Below the pieces are notes generated by a model. That model worked only from the letters and a program-made list of their open reading frames with translations, was not told where the DNA came from and searched no databases. 64,000 nucleotides of DNA from Candidatus Latescibacterota bacterium (GTDB taxonomy: Bacteria > Latescibacterota > UBA2968 > GCA-2709665): contig OZ244937.1 in NCBI GenBank assembly GCA_965222075.1, forward strand, positions 1,376,001 through 1,440,000, read 5' to 3'. A program made the position numbers and the translations under genes. Shown here in pieces: positions 41,492-51,843 of this stretch. How positions within the stretch are numbered: position 1 is the stretch's first letter; each line of letters starts with the position of its first letter.

Positions 41492-42373
41492 ATGACGGGA
41501 GGCGTATCCATCGTGCTGCTGATAGCCGCATCGTTCTGCATGTTCTCCGCAACAGGCTGCGGCACGGTCCCCCCGGACGGGCCGCAGGAAGGCGAGGTTT
41601 TCACCGCGGCGCTCCCGGACAGTACGAGGATGGCGTTTGTCTGGATCGAGTCCGGGTCATTTGTCATGGGGTCGTCCAATTTTGAACAGGGACGGTTTCC
41701 GGACGAGAGCCCGCAGCATACAGTCATCATAAGCGAGGGGTTCTACATCGGAAAATTTGAGGTAACACAGGGGCAGTGGACGGCGGTGATGGACACCTAT
41801 CCCTGGCGCCTGCGTCTCCCTGCCCAGGGGCCAAGAGACTATGTTGTGGAACACCCGGACCACCCTGCGGTGTATATCTCCTGGCACCTTGCACAGGCTT
41901 TCATCCAGAGGTTGAACGAGACCGCCGGAGATTCGCTCTACCGGCTGCCCACCGAGGCGGAATGGGAGTATGCGGCGAGGGCCGGGACGATTACGGCGTG
42001 GTCGTTTGGGAACAATGAAAGCAGAATGAAAGATTATGGGTGGTACCTGGACAACGCCTGGGTCAGCGATCAGGAGGATGAGGGGGAGAAGTATGCGCAC
42101 AGGGTGGGCACCAGGCTGCCCAATCCCTGGGAACTGCACGACATGCACGGGAACGTATGCGAGTGGGTACAGGACTGGTATTCGGAGACCTACTACAGCG
42201 TCTCCCCCCCCGAAGACCCCACCGGCCTCCCATCGGGCAGGTACCGCGTCCTTCGGGGTGGCGCCTTCAACAACAATGCCGCACGGACAAGATCGGCCCG
42301 GCGCAGCGGCCTCCCTCCGGAGTTTATGGGGAACGGAAGCATCGGCTTCCGATTGGTGAGGCGGGCGGATTGA
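41492..42373 (+). CDS. Formylglycine-generating-enzyme (FGE-sulfatase) domain lipoprotein
   Basis: ATGC lipobox, F.MGS, FEVTQ, RLPTEAEWEYAARAG, DMHGNV.EW, RVLRGG, GFR. No catalytic Cys pair. Confidence 0.88.
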   Translation: MTGGVSIVLLIAASFCMFSATGCGTVPPDGPQEGEVFTAALPDSTRMAFVWIESGSFVMGSSNFEQGRFPDESPQHTVIISEGFYIGKFEVTQGQWTAVMDTYPWRLRLPAQGPRDYVVEHPDHPAVYISWHLAQAFIQRLNETAGDSLYRLPTEAEWEYAARAGTITAWSFGNNESRMKDYGWYLDNAWVSDQEDEGEKYAHRVGTRLPNPWELHDMHGNVCEWVQDWYSETYYSVSPPEDPTGLPSGRYRVLRGGAFNNNAARTRSARRSGLPPEFMGNGSIGFRLVRRAD

Positions 42374-42469
42374 TGGATTGAACCTTTTTTTGAACGGATA
42401 TATGAAAAATTGTTCAAATATTAAATTATTTAGACACAAAGCACAGCGTGAGAAAAAAACAAAGCCCGA

Positions 42470-43492
42470 TCAGGCTGCGACTGCTTCCATCTCCTGCGAA
42501 TACCTGCCATAGCGCGCTGCGCTGTTGCACCTGGCCCGATGGTAGAAGACCCGCTGGGCCTCAGGCGCGTTTTCTGCCTTCCCTTTCCACGCGCTGCGCG
42601 CCGGATCCTGCAGCGCCCGCCCGTAGGAGAAGCTCAGCTCCCAGGGGTGGTCGCCCAGGGCGTTCATCGCATTGAGGTGCTCCGTGGACCGCTCCGGACT
42701 TTGACCACCGGAGAGGAACACGATCCCGGGCACGGCCGCCGGAACGGTCTGGCGCAAACAGCGCACGGTGGCCTCTGCAACCTCGTCCACCCCCGCCTGC
42801 TGCAGGCAGTTCGTGCCGGAGAGGACCATGCTGGCCTTAAGCAGTGTGCCCTCAAGCAGCACGTGGTGCTCAAACAATTCGGAATACACCCGGCTCAGGG
42901 TAGCTTCCGTGACCGCTTCGCACTGCGCGATCGTGTGGTCGCCTTCCATCAGCACCTCCGGCTCGACGATGGGGACCAGCCCCACGTCCTGGCAGAGGGC
43001 GGCATAGCGCGCCAGCGCATGCGCGTTCGCGTCAATACATGCGCGGGTCGGCATGCCCTCGCCGATGGTGGTCACCGCCCGCCACTTGCCAAACCGCGCC
43101 CCCAGGTCGCGGTACCCGGTGAGACGACCGCGGAGTCCGTCCAATCCTTCCGTAATCTGCTCACCGGGGAAACCGGCCAGATCCACAAGGCCCGTATCCG
43201 CCTTGATGCCGGGGATCATGCCCACCTGCGAGAGCAGTTCGGGAAAGGGCGTCCCATCCCCGGCCGTCTGACGCAGGGTCTCCTCGTAGAGAATGACGCC
43301 GCTGATGAATTCCTCAATCCCCGGCGTGGTGAACAGCATCTCCCGGTAGACACGGCGGTTGTCCTCCGTCGGTTCAAGGTGGATGCTCTCAAAACGGCGT
43401 TTGATGGTGCGATCGCTCTCATCGGCAGCCAGAATCCCTTTCCCTTCCGGGACGAGTGCCTGTGCTATAGATTCGAGTGCCTGTTTGTGCAT
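42470..43492 (-). CDS. Fructose-bisphosphate aldolase class I (eukaryote-type)
   Basis: KGILAADES, KWRAV, VPIVEPEVL, LLKASMV, FLSGGQS, FSYGRALQ. Confidence 0.93.
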   Translation of the reverse strand: MHKQALESIAQALVPEGKGILAADESDRTIKRRFESIHLEPTEDNRRVYREMLFTTPGIEEFISGVILYEETLRQTAGDGTPFPELLSQVGMIPGIKADTGLVDLAGFPGEQITEGLDGLRGRLTGYRDLGARFGKWRAVTTIGEGMPTRACIDANAHALARYAALCQDVGLVPIVEPEVLMEGDHTIAQCEAVTEATLSRVYSELFEHHVLLEGTLLKASMVLSGTNCLQQAGVDEVAEATVRCLRQTVPAAVPGIVFLSGGQSPERSTEHLNAMNALGDHPWELSFSYGRALQDPARSAWKGKAENAPEAQRVFYHRARCNSAARYGRYSQEMEAVAA

Positions 43493-43653
43493 GGATACGA
43501 CCTCGTTGGGGGTGAAGGTTATGGATCTTCGGATTTCAACACAGAGGGATTCATCCGAATTTTTCAATTTGCAATTTGCAATTTTCTTGTATATTAAAGG
43601 TTTCAGAACCCTTCACCTGAAGCCTTTAACTTTTTATTATTATTTATCTTAAC

Positions 43654-44481
43654 ATGTTTAGCTCTCTCATCTACCAGATCTTCAGTCAACTCGCCGTAGG
43701 CGGCCTGATCGCCGTCCTGCTTGTGCCCCCATCGGCGGGCAAAAGCTTCTTCAGGTTCTGCGGCATCACCTGCCTGATTTTACTCATTCTGGCCCTCTGG
43801 GCCGGCCCCTATCCCCTGGCTCTCGTCGGCGACTTCCTCACCAACGCCAGCACCGGACACGCGCTCTCCCTCACGCTCCTCATCCTCACCGGCGCGTTGG
43901 CGCTCGGCTTCGTCATCGCCGTGGTCGCCGAGCGCCAGCCCCTGCAAAAGCCCCTCTTAGCCGGGGCGGGACTGCTGGGCGCTGCCGGGGTCCTGATCGA
44001 TGGCTTCCACGACGTGCCCGTCGACATGCCCGCCTTCGCCCCCCTGCTTGCGGCCCTCTACTTCCTCGTCTCCGCGCTCTTCCTGGGCAGTGTAATCTTT
44101 GCGATGATCCTGGGCCACTGGTACCTGGTAGTGCCCACCCTCCCCATCCATCCCCTCCGGTCGCTGACCCTGGCGATGGTTGTCACCACCCTGGTCAAAG
44201 TCCTGCTCGCGGGGCTAACCCTCTACCTTTTCTGGACGGCCGGGGGTCTTCAGGCCCGCGAGGTCCTGCGGTCATTTTTCGGGATTGGAGGGATCTTCTT
44301 CTGGACCCGGGTGCTCTTCGGGCTAATCGGCCCCATGGCCGTTGCCTATATGACGTGGGAAACGGTCAAGATCAACTCCACGCAGTCGGCGACCGGCCTG
44401 CTCTACGTGGCCACCATCTTTGTCCTGATCGGCGAAACGACTTCCAGGTATATCTTCTACACCACATCGATCCCCCTATAA
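43654..44481 (+). CDS. Multi-pass membrane protein of unknown function
   Basis: About 8 hydrophobic segments, MILGHWYL and STQSATGLLYV motifs. Confidence 0.75.
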   Translation: MFSSLIYQIFSQLAVGGLIAVLLVPPSAGKSFFRFCGITCLILLILALWAGPYPLALVGDFLTNASTGHALSLTLLILTGALALGFVIAVVAERQPLQKPLLAGAGLLGAAGVLIDGFHDVPVDMPAFAPLLAALYFLVSALFLGSVIFAMILGHWYLVVPTLPIHPLRSLTLAMVVTTLVKVLLAGLTLYLFWTAGGLQAREVLRSFFGIGGIFFWTRVLFGLIGPMAVAYMTWETVKINSTQSATGLLYVATIFVLIGETTSRYIFYTTSIPL

Positions 44482-44484
44482 GCT

Positions 44485-44937
44485 ATGGAAATCGCCTGCC
44501 GCTGTCCTCAGTGCCAGACTGCACACAGCATCGATCCGATCGGGGTCCAAAACTCGGTCGCCTGTTCTGCGTGTGGCAGCCGGATCCCGCTCGTCCCGTC
44601 CGAATCCATCCGGAAATACAACCTCGTGGATGCCTGTCCCCGGTGTGGAAAAACGACATTCTACATCCAGCGCGACTTCAACCAGAGGCTGGGACTTGGC
44701 ATCATGATCCTCTTTGCCCTCATCGGGCTGGTCTTTGTCTGGCTGGACCGCCCCCTCTATTTCTACCTCAGCCTGGGGGCGGGTGCCCTGCTCGACCTCC
44801 TGCTCTACGTGATGCTGCCGGAAGTCACCATCTGTTATGCCTGTAAGACCGCCTTTCGAAACGTGTCAAAAAATCCGGACCATAAACCGTTCGACCTGCA
44901 CATCGCCGACATCTACGACAACCGCTCGAAGGGATAG
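44485..44937 (+). CDS. Zinc-ribbon membrane protein
   Basis: Four CxxC pairs (CPQC, CSAC, CPRC, CYAC) flanking two TM helices. Confidence 0.72.
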   Translation: MEIACRCPQCQTAHSIDPIGVQNSVACSACGSRIPLVPSESIRKYNLVDACPRCGKTTFYIQRDFNQRLGLGIMILFALIGLVFVWLDRPLYFYLSLGAGALLDLLLYVMLPEVTICYACKTAFRNVSKNPDHKPFDLHIADIYDNRSKG

Positions 44938-44958
44938 CACCCCCCAGGGCCTTCCTCT

Positions 44959-45537
44959 TTACGCTTCGCGCCTTCTGCCCAGCAGGTCCAGGAATTCTTC
45001 TCGTGTGCCCCGCTCCTTTTTGAACACGCCCCGAACGGCCGACGTGGTCGTCCACGTGCCGGGCTTTTCCACCCCTCTCATCTCCATGCACAGATGCCGG
45101 GCCTCTACGACCACCATGGCGCCCTTTGGGGTGAGTTCCCGCTCCAGATATTCGGCGATCTGATGCGTCATCCGTTCCTGGATTTGGGGCCGCCTGGCGT
45201 GGTACTCCGCCACCCGGGCAAGCTTGCTCAGCCCCACAATTTTGTCCGTAGGAATATAGGCCACATGTGCATGCCCCCAGAAGGGCATCAGGTGGTGCGC
45301 GCACATCGAATAGAACGCGATATCCGTCATCACCACCATATCCTCGAACCCCTCTTCGTTGGGAAATACGGTCATCCCGGGTTCGTTTTCACGATCCAAC
45401 CCCTCAAAAATCTCCAGATACATGCGGGAAAACCGCTCGGGCGTGTCCCGGAGGTGGGGATCGTTCAGGTCCAGATTCAGAACTTTCATAATCTCAGCAA
45501 TGTGATAGCTGATCCGCTCCATCCTGTCTTCAGCCAT
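44959..45537 (-). CDS. folE: GTP cyclohydrolase I
   Basis: DTPER, SMCAHHLMPF, GLSKLAR, PQIQER, HLCMEMRG. Confidence 0.95.
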   Translation of the reverse strand: MAEDRMERISYHIAEIMKVLNLDLNDPHLRDTPERFSRMYLEIFEGLDRENEPGMTVFPNEEGFEDMVVMTDIAFYSMCAHHLMPFWGHAHVAYIPTDKIVGLSKLARVAEYHARRPQIQERMTHQIAEYLERELTPKGAMVVVEARHLCMEMRGVEKPGTWTTTSAVRGVFKKERGTREEFLDLLGRRREA

Positions 45538-45625
45538 ACGCTCCTCTCATCCCCATTGAAGGCCCATTTCCCGTATATTTCAGGTCCCGGCGCCCGCCAG
45601 TAGACCCGTTTTGCCAGATGACGTA

Positions 45626-45654
45626 AGTATATACGGAAACCGCCCGAACGTCAA
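45626..45654 (-). promoter_or_regulatory. Putative sigma70 promoter of folE
   Basis: TTGACG-N17-TATACT. Confidence 0.65.
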
Positions 45655-45874
45655 GCAATTTGATCTCATATCCCTTCGTATAACACATTGAATTTCAACC
45701 TGCTAAGGCCTTTGTATCACGCTTCCTTTTAAACACGTCCCACCTTGTCCCAACTCCGGACCTGCCCGCTGTCAACAGATCGTCTTGCAGGAGACATCTC
45801 CTGTTGGGCCTTTACATTGTGTTAAGTTTTTATGAAACATAGCCATACTCTTTACAAAAAGGGTCGAAAATCTG

Positions 45875-45903
45875 TTGACGGAAATCCTTTTTCAGCGTAC
45901 CAT
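45875..45903 (+). promoter_or_regulatory. Putative sigma70 promoter of the defence operon
   Basis: TTGACG-N17-TACCAT, ~115 bp upstream of the DUF499 start. Confidence 0.6.
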
Positions 45904-46018
45904 AACAACGGCTGATTGTGATTTTGGACGTGACTCAGTGCCCTGATTCGCTGGATTCATTGACGAGAACCCGAAATTTTCGCCATAAAGGGCGCAGCGA
46001 ACAGGCGGAGCACAAGCC

Positions 46019-49000
46019 ATGACCATCCCGACCATATTCGAGACATGCCGTCCACGCGCGGATGTTCTCAAGGGAGCGATTACCGAGGCCGATTTCGCGG
46101 CGGACCTGGCCCAGGTCATCACCGGCACGGGAAATGCCGAATATCTTGACCCGGCCCGTTTCTTCGCCAACACCTATCCCACAAGGGGCCTCAAGAACCT
46201 GCTCGCCAATGTCTGCCGACGGCTGACCGGTGCGGGCGGTGAAGTCGCATCTATTTTCCGGCTCGACACCTCCTACGGCGGCGGCAAGACCCACGGGCTG
46301 ATCGCGTTGTGCCATGCCGCACGCGGCATGCAGGGTGTGTCGGGTATTGCGGAATTTGTCGATCCCTCCCTCCTGCCGCAGAGCCACGTCCGCATCGCCG
46401 CCTTCGATGGCGAAAACGCCGATCCGGCCAATGGCCGGACGATGAAAGACGGTCTTCTCGCTTACACCCCCTGGGGCGAGATCGCTTATGCGCTTGCCGG
46501 CAAGGATGGGTATGCGCGGGTGCGCAAGAGCGATGAGAGTCGCATCGCGCCCGGCGCCGAGACCCTGCGTGAGCTGTTCGGCGGTGAGCCGGTGCTGATC
46601 CTGCTCGACGAGCTGTCGGTTTACCTGCGCAAGGTGCGCAATCTCGAAGATGCCCGCGATCAACTGACCGCGTTCCTGACCTCGCTGTTCAAGGCCGTCG
46701 AAAGCGCGCCTGACGCCGTCCTGGTCTATACACTGGCGATCGGCAAGGACGGGCGGGCGACCGACGCCTACAACGAAGAGAACCAGTTCATCGCCGACAA
46801 CATGGCGGAAGCGGAGAGTGTTTCCGCGCGCAAGGCAACGCTTTTGAACCCCACCGAGGAGGACGAAATGGTTCAAGTCCTCCTCCGCCGCCTGTTCGAG
46901 TCCATCGATGAGACGAGGGTTCCGGCCATCATCGATGCCTACCGGGATCGCTGGGCAGCCAACAGAGAGTCCCTGACTGGCGATGCCGCCCGCTCCGAGA
47001 CCGCCGAGACCTTCCGGTCGAGTTACCCGCTGCATCCGGACGTTCTGGAAACCCTGACCGGCAAGACGGCGACGCTCGGCAATTTTCAGCGAGTACGCGG
47101 CATGCTGCGGCTGCTGGCGCGCACGATCTCGCATCTTTGGGAGAAGAAGCCCAAGGATGCGACCGCGATCCATCTTCACCATATCGATCCCGGCTACGAA
47201 CCGATTCGTCAGGAGATCGTGACGCGCCTCGGGCAATCCGCCTACGTACCGGCCATTACCCACGATATCGCCGCCGGACCGGTCGAGAAGAAGGCACTGG
47301 CGCAGGAGATTGATGCCGGGCATCACGGCGGCATGCCACCGTATGCGGTCTACGTTGCCCGCACCATCTTCATGCACACGCTGGCCTTCAACGATCCGCT
47401 CAAGGGGATTTCGCCGGAGCAGCTGCGCTATTCGGTCCTGGGTCCCACAACGGACATCAGCTTTATCGAGGAGGCGCGCAAGAAGTTCATCTCCGAATCC
47501 GCCTACCTTGACGACCGCCCCGGCGCGCCGATGCGCTTTCTCGCCGAGGCCAATCTGCGCCAGATCATCCGCCGCGAGGAACACCACGTCGATGCCGGGG
47601 AAGCCCGCGCCGAGCTCAACGACTGCATCCGTGAGATATTTGGTGGCAAGACGTTCGAGACGGTGTCCTTTCCCGGGGGGCCGTTCGACGTTCCCGATGA
47701 GGTCGGCGACGGCCGGCCGAAGCTCGCCGTCCTGGCCTATGACGGCCTGACCATCGGTAGCTCGGTTGATGACGTGCCTGAGTTAATCGAGCGGATTTAC
47801 ACCCGGAAAGGCTCGGAGGGTTCGGCCTTGCGGGCGCTTCGAAACAATCTGGTATTCGTGGTCGCGGACGATGCCCGTAAGGAGGAGATGCATCGCAAGA
47901 CCTTTCATCGTCTGGCACTGCGAGAACTGAAAAAGCCGGAACGCCTCAGCGATCTGGCGGAGCACCAGCAGGCCCAGGTGCGTGAGATGGAAGCCCGATC
48001 CGAGCAGGAACTCGCGATCGCCATTCAACAGTGCTATCGGCACGTTTTCTACCCATCCCGCAACCGGGTTGGCGCGAGTGACGTCGACCTGGCCCATTCG
48101 GCGATCGACATCCATTCCACTTCCGATCGGCCTGGCGCGGGCCAGCAACAAATTGTGCGGGCATTATGCAACCTCAGTAAGCTGCGCCTGTCCGAGGACC
48201 AGCCGGACTCGCCCGCCTATGTGCGCGACCGCACACCGCTCAAGAAGGGTCAAATCACCACGCTGGCGCTGCGCGACGAGTTCAGGCGCGATCCTGCCCT
48301 CCCAATCCTGATTGGCGATGACATCTTCATTCGTGGCGTACGGCGCGGCATCGAGCAGGGCGAATACGTCTACCAACGCGGTGAGTTGCTGTTCGGACCG
48401 GGCGATCCGTCGGCCGGCATCATGATCGACGAGCAATCCGTGGTCTTCACCATGGCCTATGCGAAGAATACCGGCATCTGGCCACGGCAAAAGCCCGATG
48501 AACCCGCGCAGACGGAACCGGGTGGTGGGGAGCCGGGCTGGCGAGCCAAGTCGCCCGGTGGCGAGCCAGGCGCGAGCTTCGCCTCGGGGCCGGTTGGAGG
48601 CTATTCTGTCGGGAAGGCGCCCGGATCGTTGACCGCCGAGGGCGTTCTCAGAGAAGCATTGATCCAGTTGTGGGAGCAGGCCCGGGCGAAGGAAGTCGAG
48701 ACCATCGGGGTTTTGAACATCCGCATGTTCGAGGCAGGCGACGCCTTCCGGCTTTTCGGCGCCGTGGGCGCCGTATCCGGAGCAGAAAAGATCGTCACCC
48801 TCACGGGCGGCTACGAAACCCGTGAGGGTGGATCGTTCGAGTTGACGTTTCAGGGTCCGGTATCGGACGCCCAGCCGGTGAAGGAGTTTCTGGAACCCCA
48901 GCTTCGGGACGCAAGTTCCAGTAACCTCGAGGCGGGTTTCCAGTTGACCTTTGCCGAGGGGCTTTCCATGCAGGGCGACGCGGCGGAGAAGCTCACCGAG

Positions 49001-49063
49001 CGCCTTGCCCGGTTTGCGAGCGGGGCTGCCTACGTGTCGGCCACGGCGGAGGTCAAGGCTTAA
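46019..49063 (+). CDS. DUF499 AAA+ ATPase (BrxC-related; gene A of a restriction-like/BREX-related system)
   Basis: FAADL, FFANTYPT, SYGGGKTH Walker A, LILLDEL Walker B, SYPLHP, FQRVRG.LR. Confidence 0.9.
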   Translation: MTIPTIFETCRPRADVLKGAITEADFAADLAQVITGTGNAEYLDPARFFANTYPTRGLKNLLANVCRRLTGAGGEVASIFRLDTSYGGGKTHGLIALCHAARGMQGVSGIAEFVDPSLLPQSHVRIAAFDGENADPANGRTMKDGLLAYTPWGEIAYALAGKDGYARVRKSDESRIAPGAETLRELFGGEPVLILLDELSVYLRKVRNLEDARDQLTAFLTSLFKAVESAPDAVLVYTLAIGKDGRATDAYNEENQFIADNMAEAESVSARKATLLNPTEEDEMVQVLLRRLFESIDETRVPAIIDAYRDRWAANRESLTGDAARSETAETFRSSYPLHPDVLETLTGKTATLGNFQRVRGMLRLLARTISHLWEKKPKDATAIHLHHIDPGYEPIRQEIVTRLGQSAYVPAITHDIAAGPVEKKALAQEIDAGHHGGMPPYAVYVARTIFMHTLAFNDPLKGISPEQLRYSVLGPTTDISFIEEARKKFISESAYLDDRPGAPMRFLAEANLRQIIRREEHHVDAGEARAELNDCIREIFGGKTFETVSFPGGPFDVPDEVGDGRPKLAVLAYDGLTIGSSVDDVPELIERIYTRKGSEGSALRALRNNLVFVVADDARKEEMHRKTFHRLALRELKKPERLSDLAEHQQAQVREMEARSEQELAIAIQQCYRHVFYPSRNRVGASDVDLAHSAIDIHSTSDRPGAGQQQIVRALCNLSKLRLSEDQPDSPAYVRDRTPLKKGQITTLALRDEFRRDPALPILIGDDIFIRGVRRGIEQGEYVYQRGELLFGPGDPSAGIMIDEQSVVFTMAYAKNTGIWPRQKPDEPAQTEPGGGEPGWRAKSPGGEPGASFASGPVGGYSVGKAPGSLTAEGVLREALIQLWEQARAKEVETIGVLNIRMFEAGDAFRLFGAVGAVSGAEKIVTLTGGYETREGGSFELTFQGPVSDAQPVKEFLEPQLRDASSSNLEAGFQLTFAEGLSMQGDAAEKLTERLARFASGAAYVSATAEVKA

Positions 49064-49064
49064 A

Positions 49065-49541
49065 ATGGCGGGCCTGGAGAGAATCGCCCAGATCGAGACG
49101 CCGGACTCCGCGCCCCGGTACGAGTTGCGGGTGCGCCGTCACGGGCCGGCCAGTACCGAGTATGAAATCTGGCAGATGCCCGCGACAGCCACGCCGCAGG
49201 TCACATCACCGCTGCGTGTCGCGGGGCTTCGGGGCCGCAACCTCGAATTGGTGGAGCACCGGGTGCTGAAGCGGCTTTCTCGATCCGGCGTCAAGCCGGA
49301 GCGGAGCGTGGGCACCAGGAAGCGCGGCTATACCCTCACGGAAGATCTGGCGCTGACGCTGGGGCTGCTGTTCCGCACACTTGCCCCGATGCGCAGCCGC
49401 CACAACATGCGGGCGGTGGCCGAGGGCATCGAGGCCATGGGGCGCGAGGAGGCCGCCTACTGGCTCGGCATGGCGATGCACCGCCAGCATCCGCGCCGGG
49501 TGCTGGCGGCGTTGCGGTTCCTGCTGACTGAGCCGAAATGA
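49065..49541 (+). CDS. Small accessory gene B of the DUF499-DUF1156 system (DUF3780-position protein)
   Basis: Starts 1 nt after the DUF499 stop; LTEDLALTLGLLF...EEAAYW...ALRFLL. Family assignment is from position only. Confidence 0.7.
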   Translation: MAGLERIAQIETPDSAPRYELRVRRHGPASTEYEIWQMPATATPQVTSPLRVAGLRGRNLELVEHRVLKRLSRSGVKPERSVGTRKRGYTLTEDLALTLGLLFRTLAPMRSRHNMRAVAEGIEAMGREEAAYWLGMAMHRQHPRRVLAALRFLLTEPK

Positions 49542-50692
49542 TGAGCGGACAGGCTGGTATACAAAAGACACCGAGGGACGACGCCATGGAAACTCAACAA
49601 TCCGGTCGGCTAGCCGACGATGAACAAATCGAAGGCCTGGACCCCAAGAGCGAATCGTGGGGCGACTACCCCATTGACGACCTATTGATCCGGAACGAGA
49701 GTCGAACGATTTTCGATATCATCCGACGGATCAAGAAGGGCGACTATGTTATGAATCCAGACTTCCAGCGAGACTTCATCTGGCCGGAAGACAAGCAAAG
49801 CAAGCTGATCGAATCCGTGATCATGCGGATTCCCCTGCCGGTATTCTATTTGGCGGAAGATGACGAAGGGCGGATGGTGGTCGTGGACGGTTTGCAGCGT
49901 CTGATCACATTTCAAAGATTCGTGAAGGGCGATCTGAAGCTGCACCTACCCGACCGCGACGAACTCAATGGCAAAAAGTTCTCCGACCTCTCGTCCAAAC
50001 TCCAGAACCGTATTGAAGATTGCAATCTGATTCTTTACACCATTGACGCGAAGGTGCCGGAACGTACCCGTCTGGATATCTTCGATCGGGTGAATAGCGG
50101 TGAGCCGCTCACCCGGCAACAGATGCGCAACAGTCTGTTCATGGGACAGGCGACCCGCTTCCTGAAAGAGGAAGCACAGACCGATATTTTCCTTGAGGCA
50201 ACAGGCGAGAGTTTGAATTCAAAAAAAATGAGGGATCGGGAGTTCGTCAATCGATTTTGCGCCTTTCAACTCCTTGACCTTGATGTGTATCGCGGTGATA
50301 TGGACGATTTCCTTGCTACATGCCTGCGTAAAATGAATGAGATGGAAAACTCTGACCTATCGCGATTATCCGAAGAATTTCACAGGGGCCTTGCCAATAA
50401 CCTTGTGCTGTTTGGTCGGCACGCGTTCAGAAAACACACGCCGGAACAGGGATGGCGCAGTGTTCTTAATGCGTCCCTCTGGGATGTGATGTCTACCGGT
50501 TTGTCGCGTTACGCCGAAGACCGGGTCATGGAGTGCGCCGCGCCCCTTTGCCAAGCCGTCTATCGGTTGCTCGGTGACGAGGAGTTTGTCACTGCAATCA
50601 CTTATGGGCCGAACGGCGCCAGAAAGGTAAAACGCCGGTTCCAGATGACTCGGGGAAAATTTGAGGAGATCCTGGATGCTTACACGGATTGA
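49538..50692 (+). CDS. DUF262 (ParB/GmrS-like) protein, Menshen NsnA-like
   Basis: PDFQRDFIW, LIES, VVDGLQRL, IFDRVNSG motifs; ATGA overlap with gene B. Confidence 0.85.
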   Translation: MMSGQAGIQKTPRDDAMETQQSGRLADDEQIEGLDPKSESWGDYPIDDLLIRNESRTIFDIIRRIKKGDYVMNPDFQRDFIWPEDKQSKLIESVIMRIPLPVFYLAEDDEGRMVVVDGLQRLITFQRFVKGDLKLHLPDRDELNGKKFSDLSSKLQNRIEDCNLILYTIDAKVPERTRLDIFDRVNSGEPLTRQQMRNSLFMGQATRFLKEEAQTDIFLEATGESLNSKKMRDREFVNRFCAFQLLDLDVYRGDMDDFLATCLRKMNEMENSDLSRLSEEFHRGLANNLVLFGRHAFRKHTPEQGWRSVLNASLWDVMSTGLSRYAEDRVMECAAPLCQAVYRLLGDEEFVTAITYGPNGARKVKRRFQMTRGKFEEILDAYTD

Positions 50693-51842
50693 TCTGCGGC
50701 ATTTCAAATGCTTCGAAATGTTGAAGCTGCCGATGCGTCCGCTGACCCTGCTGTCCGGCGCCAATGCCTCCGGGAAATCGTCCGTGCTACAGGCACTTGT
50801 CCTGCTACATCAGACGATGCGCGAACAGGAATGGTCGACGCGCCTGATGCTCAACGGCGGCACCGTCCGGCTCGGCACCGTAACCGACGTGATCGATCAG
50901 GTTCACGGGCGCCGCGCTTGCGAGATCGCGTTGCTGGACGGTGATGAGGCGTATTTTCGATGGGAATTCGAGGGCGAACCCGATGAGATGTCGATGGCGG
51001 TGACGCACGTCTATGTCGATGGCGTTGACGGTCTCGACGTGGACGAATTCGAGCCGCTTCACTACTTACTGCCTCACCGCCTGCCGACGCCGTCGGGTGC
51101 CGAATCATTGACCGACCGTCTTCGTGGGCTCGCCTACCTGACCGCCGAGAGGCTGGGGCCGCGTGAGACCTATCCATTGGAGGATCCTCAGCATACGTCC
51201 GTCGTCGGTCCAAGGGGAGAACACGCAGTCAGCGTCCTGCACTCTGGCCGTGGCCTGCGTGTTCTGGACGGCTTGGCGATCGCGGGCGTACCGCCGACCC
51301 GGCTGCGGCAAGTTGAAGCACGTATGGGCCGCTTTTTCCCGGGTTGCGAGTTGATTGTCGATAAGATTCCTCAAGCCAACGCGGTAACTTTGGGAATTCG
51401 GACATCGAGGAGTACGGACTTCCATCGTCCGATTCATACCGGCTTTGGGTTGACGCAGGTCCTCCCAATCGTGGTGGCGGCCTTGTCCGCAGATAAGGGT
51501 GGCTTGCTACTGATCGAGAATCCGGAAGTACATCTCCACCCCGCCGGGCAAGCGGCGATAGGCGAATTTCTCGCCGAAGTCGCGGCTGTGGGCGTGCAGG
51601 TCATTCTCGAGACGCATAGCGACCACGTGTTGAACGGCATTCGGCGGGCCGTCAAGAAAAGGGGTTTGGCTCCCGACGATGCCGCCCTGCACTTCTTTCG
51701 ACTGCGGCAGGATGATGAACAGGAGGGTGCTGTGCAGGTGGCAAGCCCGATCCTGGACCGCGACGGCAATGTCGACATGTGGCCGGAGGGATTTTTCGAC
51801 CAGTTCGACAAGGACATGAATTATTTCGCCGGCTGGAGTTGA
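50676..51842 (+). CDS. AAA_21/ABC ATPase with DUF3696 C-terminus, Menshen NsnB-like
   Basis: GANASGKSS, GFGLTQVLP, IENPEVHLHP, ETHSDH, WPEGFFDQ. Confidence 0.87.
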   Translation: MLTRIDLRHFKCFEMLKLPMRPLTLLSGANASGKSSVLQALVLLHQTMREQEWSTRLMLNGGTVRLGTVTDVIDQVHGRRACEIALLDGDEAYFRWEFEGEPDEMSMAVTHVYVDGVDGLDVDEFEPLHYLLPHRLPTPSGAESLTDRLRGLAYLTAERLGPRETYPLEDPQHTSVVGPRGEHAVSVLHSGRGLRVLDGLAIAGVPPTRLRQVEARMGRFFPGCELIVDKIPQANAVTLGIRTSRSTDFHRPIHTGFGLTQVLPIVVAALSADKGGLLLIENPEVHLHPAGQAAIGEFLAEVAAVGVQVILETHSDHVLNGIRRAVKKRGLAPDDAALHFFRLRQDDEQEGAVQVASPILDRDGNVDMWPEGFFDQFDKDMNYFAGWS

Positions 51843-51843
51843 C

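Noticed and set aside
41492-42373. FGE-domain protein as a diversity-generating retroelement target
   Set aside because: I saw no template repeat or reverse transcriptase in the window.
45935-47587. 550-aa minus-strand ORF opposite DUF499, and similar long antisense ORFs at 5752-7278, 22115-23572, 31427-33139 and 33200-34477
   Set aside because: Shadow ORFs of GC-rich genes; no recognisable motifs, and they fully overlap well-supported genes.
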